A stretch of 64,000 bases of DNA, taken from assembly GCA_030704615.1 (NCBI GenBank), contig CM060731.1, positions 27,900,001 through 27,964,000 on the forward strand, given 5' to 3'. Of the stretch, positions 49,765 to 61,338 are shown piece after piece. Position numbers and translations under genes: made by a program. Each line of letters begins with the position of its first letter. Position 1 is the first letter of the stretch. The notes under the pieces were generated by a model. It saw only the letters and a program-made list of their open reading frames with translations. It searched no databases and had not been told where the DNA came from. This DNA comes from Takakia lepidozioides. Lineage: Eukaryota > Plantae > Bryophyta.

Positions 49765-50613
49765 TCACGATTGCTCTGCGATAGGCATCGACGGATCCCC
49801 ACCACAGTACTCAGGAAGTTCGAACAGGTCCGCATTCGGCTTGCCCAGAGCAAAAGAGGTCGACACAAACACATAGGTTAGTCTGGGGTCGGGGAAAACA
49901 AAAACGGCAGGGACTCCTCCCTCCACAGTTTCGTAGTAAACATGCATTGTTGGAAGGTATGTGAATGTATTGCAAAGCACCCCATTGATCTTCTCCACTC
50001 CTGCAAACTCTCCTTGGACTGTCCAATCCGGCGGGAGCGAACCCACGTCAGGATTATCGAGCGTACATTGCTTCAGAGACGGGATCATGTGATAAGTCCC
50101 GCTGGGATTGAAGAGATAACGACATTCGTCCTCTGTTCCCAGTCCAAGGCAAACGGCTGAGCCGGGTCCATGGATAATCAACTGTCTCTTTTTCGACCAA
50201 TCATACGCCAGGAATCCCTTTGCCGTCCCATTCAAAGTAGTGAAAGAGATTGTAAACTCCGAGGGCCAAGCTGTTGCTGTTGGTGAACTCTTGGTTGCAT
50301 CTACAGACTGATGTAAGTGATTGAGCTGCACACCTTCCACATTTCTCAGGTCTACTGGAGATTGGATCAAGACCTGTGGTTGTCGTTGAGTCAGACGGTC
50401 TGTAGAGGTCACAGTTAGAGAGTTTTGTCGAAACTTGACATACTCTTCCGATTTCACCACAACCCTTTTGGATATAAGAGGAGCCAATTGCTCGGGTGTG
50501 AGCACCTGAGCTGTGACAGAGGGGAGGACTTCACTGAAGCCAATAACTGCAGACAGAGAGAAGACGAGGACAGACAGGATATACCAAACTGGAAGTCTCT
50601 CCAAGGTGGCCAT
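49765..50613 (-). CDS. Intronless secreted protein, At4g14100-like / ependymin-related (LolA-type fold) family
   Basis: N-terminal hydrophobic signal. The pattern WP.EF...YDW..KRQ...C......G.LPPDW....F.G.E.ING..C..F...YYE.....P...LFELP.YC resembles plant At4g14100-like and ependymin-related proteins. Confidence 0.75.
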   Translation of the reverse strand: MATLERLPVWYILSVLVFSLSAVIGFSEVLPSVTAQVLTPEQLAPLISKRVVVKSEEYVKFRQNSLTVTSTDRLTQRQPQVLIQSPVDLRNVEGVQLNHLHQSVDATKSSPTATAWPSEFTISFTTLNGTAKGFLAYDWSKKRQLIIHGPGSAVCLGLGTEDECRYLFNPSGTYHMIPSLKQCTLDNPDVGSLPPDWTVQGEFAGVEKINGVLCNTFTYLPTMHVYYETVEGGVPAVFVFPDPRLTYVFVSTSFALGKPNADLFELPEYCGGDPSMPIAEQS

Positions 50614-50835
50614 ACTTGAAACCCGGCAGAGCAGCTTAGTTGCAGATCTCTAAGACCATGGCCCTCCACCTGAAAACCCACCTCCCCAAATACAAATTCC
50701 ACATCCCCCGAGACGATGTGCTGCTAAAAAACGGAAAGAAACGGAAAGAAAACGTGATGCCGAAGATTGTGGCAGCGAGACTTAGTGAGGACAGAGTGAT
50801 GGTACGCTGTCGTGGAGCCACGTTGTGTTGACGCA

Positions 50836-50912
50836 GGCCCACCAGGGATGGGCTCGTACTGAGACTGGGATGAATGCATGATGCCACATCCGCCATGACA
50901 GGTTTAGGGTTT
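50836..50912. promoter_or_regulatory. Site II (TCP) motifs plus telo-box in the bidirectional promoter
   Basis: GGCCCA at 50836-50841, TGGGCT at 50849-50854 and TAGGGTTT at 50905-50912. This combination is typical of plant nuclear genes for mitochondrial and translation proteins. Confidence 0.55.
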
Positions 50913-51027
50913 GAAGGAAGAGGGTTTTGGAGGTCGTTGCTGAATGTGGGTATTCTGAAGAAAGCAAGGTTTCATGAATTATGTGTGTCTGCGCGCTTGA
51001 GATTGCATACTGTGAAGAGCTGTGAGG

Positions 51028-51870
51028 ATGAGTACTCCCAGAGCAGTAAATCTGTTGACGAATGTGGCGAGGGCGGCCATCGCCCTCGGGTTGGGAGGGA
51101 GTGTGGCCAATGCGGCGCTGTATACTGTGGATGGAGGCCACCAGGCTGTGCTGTTTGACAGATTCAGAGGAGTGTTGGAGGAGACGGCGGGTGAGGGCAC
51201 CCATTTTTTGGTTCCAGTGTTGCAGAAGCCTTACATTTTTGACATCCGCACGAGACCTCGGTCCATCACGTCTGTCACGGGGACTAAGGATTTGCAGATG
51301 GTGAACCTGACCCTGCGGGTTCTCTCAAAGCCTGATCCGGATCAGCTACCCACGATTTTCAAGACGTTGGGGATTGATTACGATGAGCGAGTGCTTCCGT
51401 CAATTGGGAACGAGGTGTTGAAAGCTGTCGTTGCACAGTTCAATGCCGACCAGCTCTTGACCGAGCGACCACACGTATCTGCACTCGTGCGCGAAGCCCT
51501 GATCAAGAGAGCCAAGGACTTCAATCTCCTGCTGGACGATGTTGCCATTACGCACTTGTCGTATGGGGCGGAATTCTCCCGAGCCGTGGAGCAGAAGCAA
51601 GTTGCACAGCAGGAAGCTGAGCGGTCCAAGTTCGTGGTGGCCAAGGCGGAGCAGGAGAGGAGAGCGGCCATCATACGTGCTGAGGGCGAGAGCGAGGCTG
51701 CAAAGCTGATCTCAGATGCAACTGCAGGGGCTGGCACTGGCCTCATCGAACTTCGGCGGATTGAAGCTTCCAGAGAGATTGCAGGCACCCTTGGCAAGAC
51801 CCGGAATGTGGTGTATCTGCCTGCGGGAAACAACATGCTGTTGGGGATTAATCCCTCTTTGACGAATTAA
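51028..51870 (+). CDS. PHB3: Mitochondrial prohibitin, type I (PHB3/PHB4-like), intronless CDS
   Basis: SPFH domain motifs [53 protein letters not shown] and [16 protein letters not shown]. The ATG is at 51028 (the ORF track's 51022 is a GTG). Confidence 0.97.
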   Translation: MSTPRAVNLLTNVARAAIALGLGGSVANAALYTVDGGHQAVLFDRFRGVLEETAGEGTHFLVPVLQKPYIFDIRTRPRSITSVTGTKDLQMVNLTLRVLSKPDPDQLPTIFKTLGIDYDERVLPSIGNEVLKAVVAQFNADQLLTERPHVSALVREALIKRAKDFNLLLDDVAITHLSYGAEFSRAVEQKQVAQQEAERSKFVVAKAEQERRAAIIRAEGESEAAKLISDATAGAGTGLIELRRIEASREIAGTLGKTRNVVYLPAGNNMLLGINPSLTN

Positions 51871-52527
51871 ATTCATGTAGGTTCTCGTGACAGTTTTGAT
51901 TTCGGGTCTGATCACAGTACTGGCCCTGGGGATGTCAGTATCGGTATGATGTTCACAGTCTGGTTGCATATGAAAGCGAATTGAGGCTTTAGCTGCATGG
52001 GGCGTAATTTTCTTCTTACTTTCTAGCAGTGTGAAGGTTTTAGCGAGGGCAACTTTATTGACATGGCACACTGCACTAGTTTCAGTGAGTGAATGATTGC
52101 CGAGACTCTTGCGAAAGATTGTTACGAACATTGGATTGATTGTTACGAACATGGGATTGGATTGCGATGCTCTCTCTCTCTCTCGATCTCCATATTCACT
52201 AATAGATCAGCTTGTAAATCAGAGTGTGAGAGAGATGGCAATGTAAAGACATCACAAGAATACTCTCCAGCTTTGATATCTTCATTCAGGCAATGTCAAA
52301 ACGACAAAACACACCACATCGAGTCACACAGAAACACACACACACAGCACTCTCTCTTTCCCTCTTGTAGACCTAAAAAAATCTTTTCTTTCTTTCTTTC
52401 TTAGGTGGTCTTCTTGTTCTAAATTGTCTCCTGGGTCCATGGACACTCTCTCTTTCAATAATTTATGTCTGGTGCATCAACTTATTCCTGGGAGCCCATC
52501 TACCACAACACTTTTGAAGGGACAAAG

Positions 52528-52880
52528 CTAAGGATCTGGCAGTGTACCTGCCCTCCAAGCCTCATCATCATCTTCAGGGACATCACTGCCATCTTCATTA
52601 ACATCTTCCTCATCTTCATTAACATCTTCCTCCTCATCCACTGGAGGTATTAGTTTAGCTTTGCTTCTGGTAACTATCATTGTACTTACTTCTGGTACGA
52701 AACATGGCCTAATCATGTGAGCTGCCACTACTGGGCCTTCATTCACAGGAGCTCTCATCTCATTCTGGTGCCGGATCCAGAATGGACAGGCTGCTTTGCG
52801 ATGTCCTGCCTGGTTACAATAGTAACACAATTCTTCACCATTGGGTCCTCGTCCTTGATCTTGAACCCATCAACCAGCGG
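52528..52880 (-). mobile_element. LTR-retrotransposon (probably Ty3/gypsy) gag remnant
   Basis: CX2CX4HX4C knuckle CYYCNQAGHRKAAC followed by a VTRS motif and an acidic linker. Confidence 0.55.
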
Positions 52881-53103
52881 GTCTACAGAAGCTGATGGTC
52901 CCATGTGAGTTTTGACGGTCTATTAGCCACAATTTATTATTCCCTGTAATTTTGCATCGGGGTGCTAGAATCTACTGGTTCTGTCGTACAACACTTTGAT
53001 GAGGGGAAGATGAAATTTATTGTTTTCATTTCTCTTTTTTTCCTTCTCTCTCAGCCCTTCCCCCCACAGTGTAGTGCAACTGCACATATGATGCAAGGTA
53101 TAA

Positions 53104-53865
53104 GAGCATCCCCACCCTTGAGCTCGAAAGACTCCCTGTAACGCCAAAATTACGTGATTGATTCAGGGCTTGTTGGGTTCTGTGGCGAGGCAGCCCTTCT
53201 TAGTACAGATCCCTGCAAATTATCCTCTTCCTCACTATCATGTGTATCAGAAGATACACCACAGTTTCATGTGAACTTTCAGAAGAATCTGACACTAATA
53301 CCACTGGTGGTGGGGATGAGGGAACAAACGACTGGTGCTGGTTACAACTACCTCCATGGAGGTAGTTTGTAACTAGTCTCATGCAGGTAGTTCAGCTTGG
53401 TTTTGCAACTACCTTCATCTAGAAAATCCTAAAACTACCTGCATAGAGGTAGTTGAAAATTTCATATGCCAAAAAAATTCTACGTCCTCGGCGCATGGAG
53501 GTAGTTTGCTCCTATGAGATGGTGGGCGCATTGCCTCACCAGCCGAGGCCACACAAATGGAGGTAGTTTGCTCCTATATTAATGAGACAGTGGGCCCTAT
53601 TGCCTGACAAGCCTCATTAGGACAAGGCCATACAAAATTCTGAGCCCAATCTTGGGGCGTTGAGCGATGATATCATATCTCTTGACCTCACAAATTTAAT
53701 GTATAGTGGTTGGCGGGGTCCTATATGCTTGGCAGAAGTGCCATGCGCGAGGGAGATTTAAGGCGGGGCCTGGAACAAATCTACCAGGCTGAGGCACTGA
53801 CCTTGGAGCAACCTCGCAGCCTTTTTAGGACCCCGCCAAGCTAGAGTGACACCGTGGAGATGCTC
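53104..53865. mobile_element. PIF/Harbinger-type MITE(s)
   Basis: TAA|GAGCATCCCCAC ... GTGGAGATGCTC|TTA. Internal repeated ACTACCTCC/GGAGGTAGT palindromes. A second GAGCATCCCCACCC end begins at 53869. Confidence 0.65.
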
Positions 53866-54449
53866 TTAGAGCATCCCCACCCTGCACTGACCCCAACGCG
53901 CTAACGGAATATCATAGTGTGGTGGGCGGGAAAACATCCACACCCTTGCACTGAACCCTATATCCCATGAAAAGCGGGCACTGAATATCATTCCGGAACC
54001 CGAGCGCCGTATTCAGGCCCCGAATACGCCCATGAATCCGACCAACCCATGTCTAGCGCGTGTCAGCAGCTTGGCAATGAGCATGGCCCCTCCTGCCAAT
54101 GGCAGCCAAGCTGCACGGGGATAGCATGGGAGATTGGGGGTTCAAACCTAACTATGACTTGACCAGAAGGTTTCAGTTGGAGTGGGTAGCAAAGTTGCCA
54201 TAGGCTAAGGGTCAGCTTGCAGCAGATGACAAGTCTTTATCTTGTGAGATGCCAGATTTGCTCCACTATCAGCCAGTCTCCCAAAGTCATGGCCCACAAA
54301 TAAAACACCCTAATCAAGCGTGAGGGAAGAGGAGGGCAGAGAAGGATATGCCCAAGTAGAAAGTAAAGAAATGGGAGTGGTACATTACTGTTGATTGCAA
54401 GCATAAAAAGAATGTTGCATTGTAAGTCTATTTTCGTGCTCCTACCACT

Positions 54450-56440
54450 GTTTTGGAGCAGATAGTTATGACAAACAAAACTGAGAGGGATAGAAAGAGG
54501 GTTCAATTTGCTATTGTACTCCATGTGCTTTCTGATGGATGTCCAATGATTAAGTATGAGATCAGAATGCAGAGTTTGTTTGTCTTTTTTGAGGTCCAGA
54601 ACAACCCAAGGATGCATTGGAGTGACACATCGGGTTGGATAATGGCCGAGTTCATGCACATTGAAGTGAAGGATGTTATGTTGTCATGTGTGAAGGCTGC
54701 CAAATATGTGGCACTGACCTGTGATCAGGTCACAAATGTGGATAATGGCTCTTGAATAAGCATACATGCCTACATTATGCAAAAGTGGGTAAAGAGTCCT
54801 CATGATGATCTCCCTTCAGAGAATTGTGGATAGGTCAGGGGCTGATAACTTGACAGTTGTTATCATGGATGCTTTGAGGAAAGGTGGAGGACTTTCAGAT
54901 AGTGGTATAGCTGGGAAATTGCTGTGTTTTCGGGCTGATGGGGTCAGTACCTTTCAAGGCATGACGAATGGGGTTACCAAACATATTGCTTCAAAGCATG
55001 CGCCATTCTCTATGGAGTCCTGGATTGCATGGCTCGTAGGTGCAATCTGGCATTATCTCAATTAGGGATTTTTAGTAGTATTGAAGCTTTGCTTCCAATC
55101 TGCCATGCCTATTTTGCCCACATCCCCAAGAGACATTTGGAGTTCAGTAAACTTGCAATCATGATGGAAACAAAAGGTCTGAAAATGCTGAAGAATGTGA
55201 AAACATGGTGGGTTTCGATCATTGAGCCGCTCAAGAGGATTTTGGCCGAATATGGACCCCTACTGGCCAAAATGAAGTTTGACAGTGTTGATAACAAGCT
55301 GGCTAAGGTGAGCAGTACCTGTAACCCATGTTTTGTTTATATGTCTTTTCCGGTATGTATTGTGGCATTTGCACATTCTAAAGTGGTTTGTTGTTGTGGC
55401 ATGTGGCAGACCTTGCTGGTTTTGTTATATGGCCCATATACTTTGTTGGGTATGTGTTGTATTTTTTATCTTCTTGAGAGCATTGATTGCCTGGTGCAGT
55501 TTGCACAATCCAGGAATGCTTTCATTTTTGACATGGTTGCAGTAATTAAGATTTGTCAAGGCCAACTATATTCTTTGTACAATGACCGGGCCACTTGCAT
55601 TTGCAAGTGACAAGTTTCTGGTCATTTAAGAGCTTGTTGGATTGTAGCCATGAGACAATTCACCTTAAGTGGGTGACTGACATGAATGACAACTCGCACC
55701 AATTGGCTTTCATTGTGAATGGTGAGCACATTTGGGCTAACCATGTGAGTGGTGCAAACGTACCTAATACCAATGTGGCTACCCGTTGGGCCAATGGCTG
55801 TGTGGAGACTGAAGCTGCCAATGCTTTTGATGAGGGAGCCCCACAGGTTCCGAATAACTATGTTAACAAGGATGCATGGAACCTTTTCATGGCGCACGTT
55901 AGGAGCGAGTGTTCAGGTGATACTTAACCAGCCCCAACAGCCTCAACAGGCAGTGCTTGATGCCATGGGTATAATTTACCCACAATACTGGTTGCAAGTA
56001 GGCTGTGATGAGAGTTTTCCAAAGCACCTTGATGTGTTGAAGAATTGGTATGGTGAAGCATATGTCTTTAGCACGGGGGTAGTAGTGCTGGGCCTGCTTA
56101 ATCGCTGGGACCTTGAAAGGTATGTTTAAGTTGTGTATGAAAAACAATGCCTTGGCTGCCACGCCCCTTTTGACATCAATGCTCTCACCAAGATTTGGAG
56201 AACTATTGATGTCTCTAGAGTATTAGCTCATTCGTTCCGGAAGTATGTGAAGCTTGCAGAAATTGCCATGGTGCATGTGTTTGGGCAGCATTGAGGATGA
56301 GCGGTGCTTTTTCTCTTTGTCATTTTTGAAAAACAAGTTGTGGTCTGGTTTGGATCCGCATTTGCCGGTGGTCGTGGGAATGTATGGCCAGAAGATCTTT
56401 GGCCTTGAGGATTTTCCCTTATATGATGCCTGTTTGACAA
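54450..56440 (+). mobile_element. hAT (ZNF862-like) transposase remnant with stops and frameshifts
   Basis: HWSDTSGW, ALTCDQVT (first D), CFRADGVSTFQG (second D), CMARRCNLA (degenerate CxxH), KNVKTWW, and the C-terminal dimerisation block KLAEIAMV..GSIEDERCF.SLSFLKNKL. Confidence 0.88.
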
Positions 56441-57404
56441 GTGGAGCGGAGCTGTGCCACGTGGGCATTACAGAGTCTCCGCGTAGAATTAGACATTGGT
56501 ATCTTTTAGTTGTGCCGAGAACTCTTATTTGCTGCTGCGACCTCTCCCTTTGTTTCCATCATTGCTGCAAGTGTAGTGAGATTCCCTCGGTTTACATAGG
56601 ATATTCAGATTTGTTCCACTCTTCATGCCATGGTGGCTAGGATGTATTTTGGACTTGTTTTAAGTGGGCTATGGTGCCTACCTCCTTCGTTTTCTATCTT
56701 ATGACAGTAGTACCAGTTCGCGGTACCAGTGAAATTGGGCTATGGTGCGTGAGATTGTGTTTTTTCATTTGATTAGTGGTGCCAGTTTGCTCTATGCAAT
56801 TGGGCAATGGCCCTGGCCGAAGTGCTACCTTGAATTTTTCATGATAGCCAGTTTGCTATAATACAAAGGGAAATTTTGCCCACTATTTCATTTCACGTGC
56901 CATGGAACGGTCGCCTGGGTAATATATATAAGGTATGAACAAGTCACAATATTTAGCATACTTACCTGTAGCCAGGTGTGCAGACCAAGCTTCAAAAGCT
57001 TTCAAGTGTCCTTCATTAGGGCTGGCGTGGACACATGGCTGCCATGCAGTGCTATGTCCTATGTGGCACACGAATTCACTCCAGACTTTCTAGGCAGGGT
57101 GTGCAGGGGATGGATAGTGAAGCAAAGCAGGAGATCGTAGCAGGGACTGTGAGCAACGCGAGACGTTCAAGATTGTGCAAATCATGTAATTCTGTGATCG
57201 GTCTGTTATACACGGGCTTGTGATGTGCTCTTGCCCCACAGTTTTATTTGAGGATCTCAACTATTGTCTCCCCTCCCCCTCATTCTCTTCCACAAACTTT
57301 GTCTGGAGGACTAGTGGGGTTCCCTTGTGATTAAGATCTCGTATACGGGTTTTGTACTACAGAATTTCCCTCTGTTTACTGGTTCTGCCCCGGGCTCGTA
57401 TACT

Positions 57405-60400
57405 ATGGCTCTGGCGGTTGCTGTCAGGCCGCATGCGGGCCCGTCTTTTAGTTATGGGTTTAATTCACGTAAGAAGGGTTTTCTATCCGAGGGCGCCAGA
57501 AGAGCCTCTGGTCCTGCATCGGCATGCGGATCTTGTAACCTCGGAGCACAAAACCCTAACCGATTTAGAAGGCATGTTTTGAGGATAAGGTGTGAAGCTG
57601 GACGAGATTTCGATGACCGTGCTGGAAGAATTGCTGAAGAAGTTCGAAGGAGGGCAGGGGATGCTGCTCGCGCTTTTTCTTGTAAAGCTCAAGACGTTTT
57701 GAATGATGTAAAACGCAAGACTATGGAGTTTCAAGAGAATAATGATCTGCAAGGAAAGGTGTGAACGAATTACCGCACCTACCCTTCATTTATAGCAGAT
57801 AAGCAAAGCGTTTTTATGCCTTTCGAAGGAAGGGCTGCAGTGTCTGGTGATATTGTCAACCAACAGCTCAACTGGATGAGTAATTTGAGAGATGGATTCA
57901 ATGGAGTTCTAGAATTGTGTGTTTCGTTTGACTAGGTTCGCGTCGATGTTACATGTTGTATCTCCATTCTTCGTCAGGATGGTGGACGTCGAGGTCTTTC
58001 ATGAGCATTATACTTTCAGTTGGAAGCTTCTAGAAGCCTATACCCCAACTAAGCCACGCAGGGATGTTATCTGGAACCTCATGCCGCAGCTGCAAGTAGG
58101 CTACTTTTGTGGCTTTTCCACCCAGTCAAATGTGCTAACAGGTGCCCAGTGACACTCCCAGATAAACAAACCCATGAATCTGCCAGGCAGTTGTCACCAA
58201 GAAATTTAATCATTACCGATTTTGCCGGTGCTTTAGCTTAGTTCTAGCAGTAAATTATGCTTTGATTTATGATTTATGATCTACACCGAACATGAACTTG
58301 TTGTGAGAACACCAGTTGTCATATGTAAGACCGATGGAATTAGGTAGGTAGGGGTTGGAGGCCAATTGTGATGTAGTGTCACACACGGAAAACGATTTGA
58401 ATTTCGTGTTTGTGACACGTCTGGTCCAGTTTCTTATTTCTTGACTATACGAACATATATATATCTTGTGTCAGGAATAACCTTGTCTATTTCTTTACTG
58501 GATTGGCTATTCCCTCTCTCAATTACTCAGATTTTTTCTGTGGTATAAGGCCTGGATAGATTTGGCCTTTCGAATTGGGGTGTAATGTCTTTTTTTCGTG
58601 TACTCATTTTTCTCCGGGACACCATGTCCATAACTCCACGATTAACACATGTGAACACAATGTTGTAAGTCTTGTCTGACACAGATTGAACATGAACTTT
58701 GAAGGCACGGTGGCCAGCAAGGGTGGCGAACCAAATGCTGGAGGAATTTGCATATGACATGAAGAGGAAGATTGGGAGATTGGACCAGGAATTTCACGTA
58801 TCACAGAAGGCAAGGCAGGTGGTGGAATATGCAGCTGAACAGGTCCAGAATTTGGACCGTCAGCTAGGTGCCCGACAGAAGGCCCGCAATTTGTCAGCAG
58901 ATTTGCGCATGAAATGGCCCACTGTACGGTTATCCTTTCCAGGCTTTGTGATTTATCTCTCCCTCTCTCAGGGTACTTTGGATGATAAAGTTAATGCATC
59001 TGAAAGTAGGCCACATGTGCCCAGTCCTGAGCATAAAAGTGAGGAAAGATAGGCTGCTTCCTGTGAGTGCTATGGAAATTCACCGTGGGGTTTCTTGTTT
59101 GGTAGCATTATAAACTCGGTGATTTCACCTCTTTTCCCTCAATTTTGAGAGGCTGGAGAATTTCTGAAGACTCTTATCAGGCTTGAATTTTGGAGTGACA
59201 TTTGGCTTAAGTCATGCCTTCGTAAAAGAGTTTTTTCGGAAAATCTTGAAGGTCAAAACTATCTTAGTTAACAAAGGTAGCTCCCACTGTACGTGACAAG
59301 CCTTCACTACATTTGTTCCTCCCAACCTTGTTGTCCTTTTCTGCTCTTGTCATCCAACTGGTACAGGGAGTCTAAAGCCACTAGGCTATGGTGAGGATAG
59401 TCTGATGAATATTCTGTTTCTTTTGTGGAAATGGTTACTTGAGGCTGCTTAAATCTACAGATCACTTGGGGTGCCTCGCCTTCTCTTTTGTCATATCTGT
59501 CTCATGCACCTTTTTGCACCATCTCACCAAGTCATGTGTTGTTCCAAATGCAAGAAAGGGAGGGAGTGGGAGATGTAGTCATGGTTATGGAAAAAAGTTC
59601 GGTCAACAACTCGAACTCCGGAAGTGCCTCGGTTGATACCGAGTGTACCATCACTTCCCTGCCTTGGTTTTTTCCGAACAACCAGGCGATGCAGTCTGTA
59701 TCAGACTCGCATTCATATAATCCCGGTCCTAGGGACTTGACTGCGTCCACTAGTCCTACCTTCCTTCGCTCAACCTCCCTTTGAGGCGCGGTAGCTGTTG
59801 CTAAAACTCGGTGGGCGTGTGAGGTGGGGAAGAGCTCTCCCTCTGACCACAAATCCTCCTCACTCAAGTCTGCAAATTCCTCTTCAGAGCCAATCATGCT
59901 GAGCTCATCCTCATCCGTTTCTTCGTGAGGTGCTCCAGAAAGAAATGCAACGGTAGTAGTGTAAGGTCTTACCCCATAAGTAATGGTGCCTGCCCCCCAG
60001 TCCGTTCGTGCCCTGTGAATAGTGGCTGTGAGGTTACCTGAGGGTGTAGTCCCCGTGATATGAACCCTCTCATGGCCAATGGTGGGTTTTGGCTCGCTAG
60101 TTTATATTGTTGCTATAGGGGATGTTAAATAGAACGCTAGTAGACGCAGCAAGAGTCTACTCACCATCTTCATAATTGGATGTTGTCCTGTATCCACATA
60201 CAAGTCCTTTCTTATATTCCTGTTTAATTTGAATCTGGGTTGGCTGGGTGGTGCAGTATCGGAGGCGATTGAGTAATTTCTCGGAGACACCCCTTGGCAA
60301 GAGCGTTTTGGTACATCTTTCTTTTCATTCCACCTTGTGTACCAATGCTCTCTGTCTCTCTGTCCATCGCACTCTTGAGAATGTCCCTCTTCAGGAACAT

Positions 60401-61338
60401 CAAGAACATGGTTCCTGCACCTTTGTTCACCAACTTTCAAAATCTCAAGGCTGAGCCTATGGCCCTGGTCCGATTGGGGTCTAACTTTTGGGCTGCTCAC
60501 ACACAGCAGATTGATGCTTGTATAAAGGGCTTTCTAGAGGATATCTGGAAAGCCCAAACTAATTGTTTTTACCAAGGTAAGTTCCACTACTGGAGTGAGC
60601 CCCTCACAAAGGTAGTACCTATTCCCTATGTTTCCGTCCAGACTGGGCGCGGGGGTCTATGGCCACAAGGCTATGGCTAACAAAATCTTATGAGTACATT
60701 CTCTCTTGCTCACTTCCAGTGAGATGATTGAGGCTTTGAAGGAATCAGTACAATTAAATACGCAAATAGACACAACAAATTGGGGAAGACTTAGATGGGT
60801 GCAGTAAGGCGGAAAAGATATTTGGTGCAGAAGGTCTTGGCCCTTTAACAAGAGTAGCCAAGTTGAATTTGGTTGGCAACACTTCACGTGCTGGTCCCCT
60901 GGATTTCCTGTTTGATTAACGTCGACTTGATTTGTTTGTGTGCAGACATTGTTCATGCTCTGGTGTTTGGTGTCTGGATGGGCATTTCGAATCTTCTTTT
61001 TTTCGCTCTGGTTTCTTCCTTTTGCAGCACCATTGCTCTTAGGCACACTGTCAAGGGCAGCTGTTGTTGAGGTAAGAACCCCCATTTTTTTTTCGACTTT
61101 TTTCCTCTCTTTTCCTCTGTTGTCAAATTGTTGCTGTAAAGGAAGCTGATTCAGGATTGGGTGTTTTTGGCAACAGGGGGCTTGTCCAAATTGTGGGGCA
61201 CGGTATATAGGTGCTCGCAACCAAGTGGTCACATGCCAGCGTTGCCGGGGGGTTGTATGGCAACCACGGCAAGACTTCTCCAATAAGAAGGATGAAGGCG
61301 ATCCCACAATTATCGATGTTGATATTGAGAAGAATTAG
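57405..61338 (+). CDS. Uncharacterised plastid-targeted membrane protein, At2g44870-like, 5 exons, ~304 aa
   Basis: Exons 57405-57758, 58705-58923, 60257-60310, 60946-61071 and 61177-61338 sum to 915 nt. Contains a transit-peptide-like N-terminus (..RIRCEA), ADLRMKWPTYRR..F.ETPLG, TM segment LWCLVSGW.FR..W.LP..APLL.G, CPNC...CQRC..VVWQP and terminal IIDVD. Confidence 0.85.
60385..60701 (+). mobile_element. 5'-truncated copy of the 3762-7834 LINE family, in intron 3 of the At2g44870-like gene
   Basis: Aligns to ~7600-7834 (TTCTAGAGGATATCTGGAAA, ACTGGGCGCGGGG, TGGCCACAAGGCTA, TCTTATGAGTACATTC). Confidence 0.9.

Noticed and set aside
49765-49767. UGA as selenocysteine or as a U-to-C edited codon
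   Set aside because: Land plants lack the Sec machinery and no SECIS was recognised. U-to-C editing is organellar, and this is a nuclear gene.
60657-61307. 216-aa minus-strand ORF
   Set aside because: Antisense shadow of exons 4-5 of the At2g44870-like gene.
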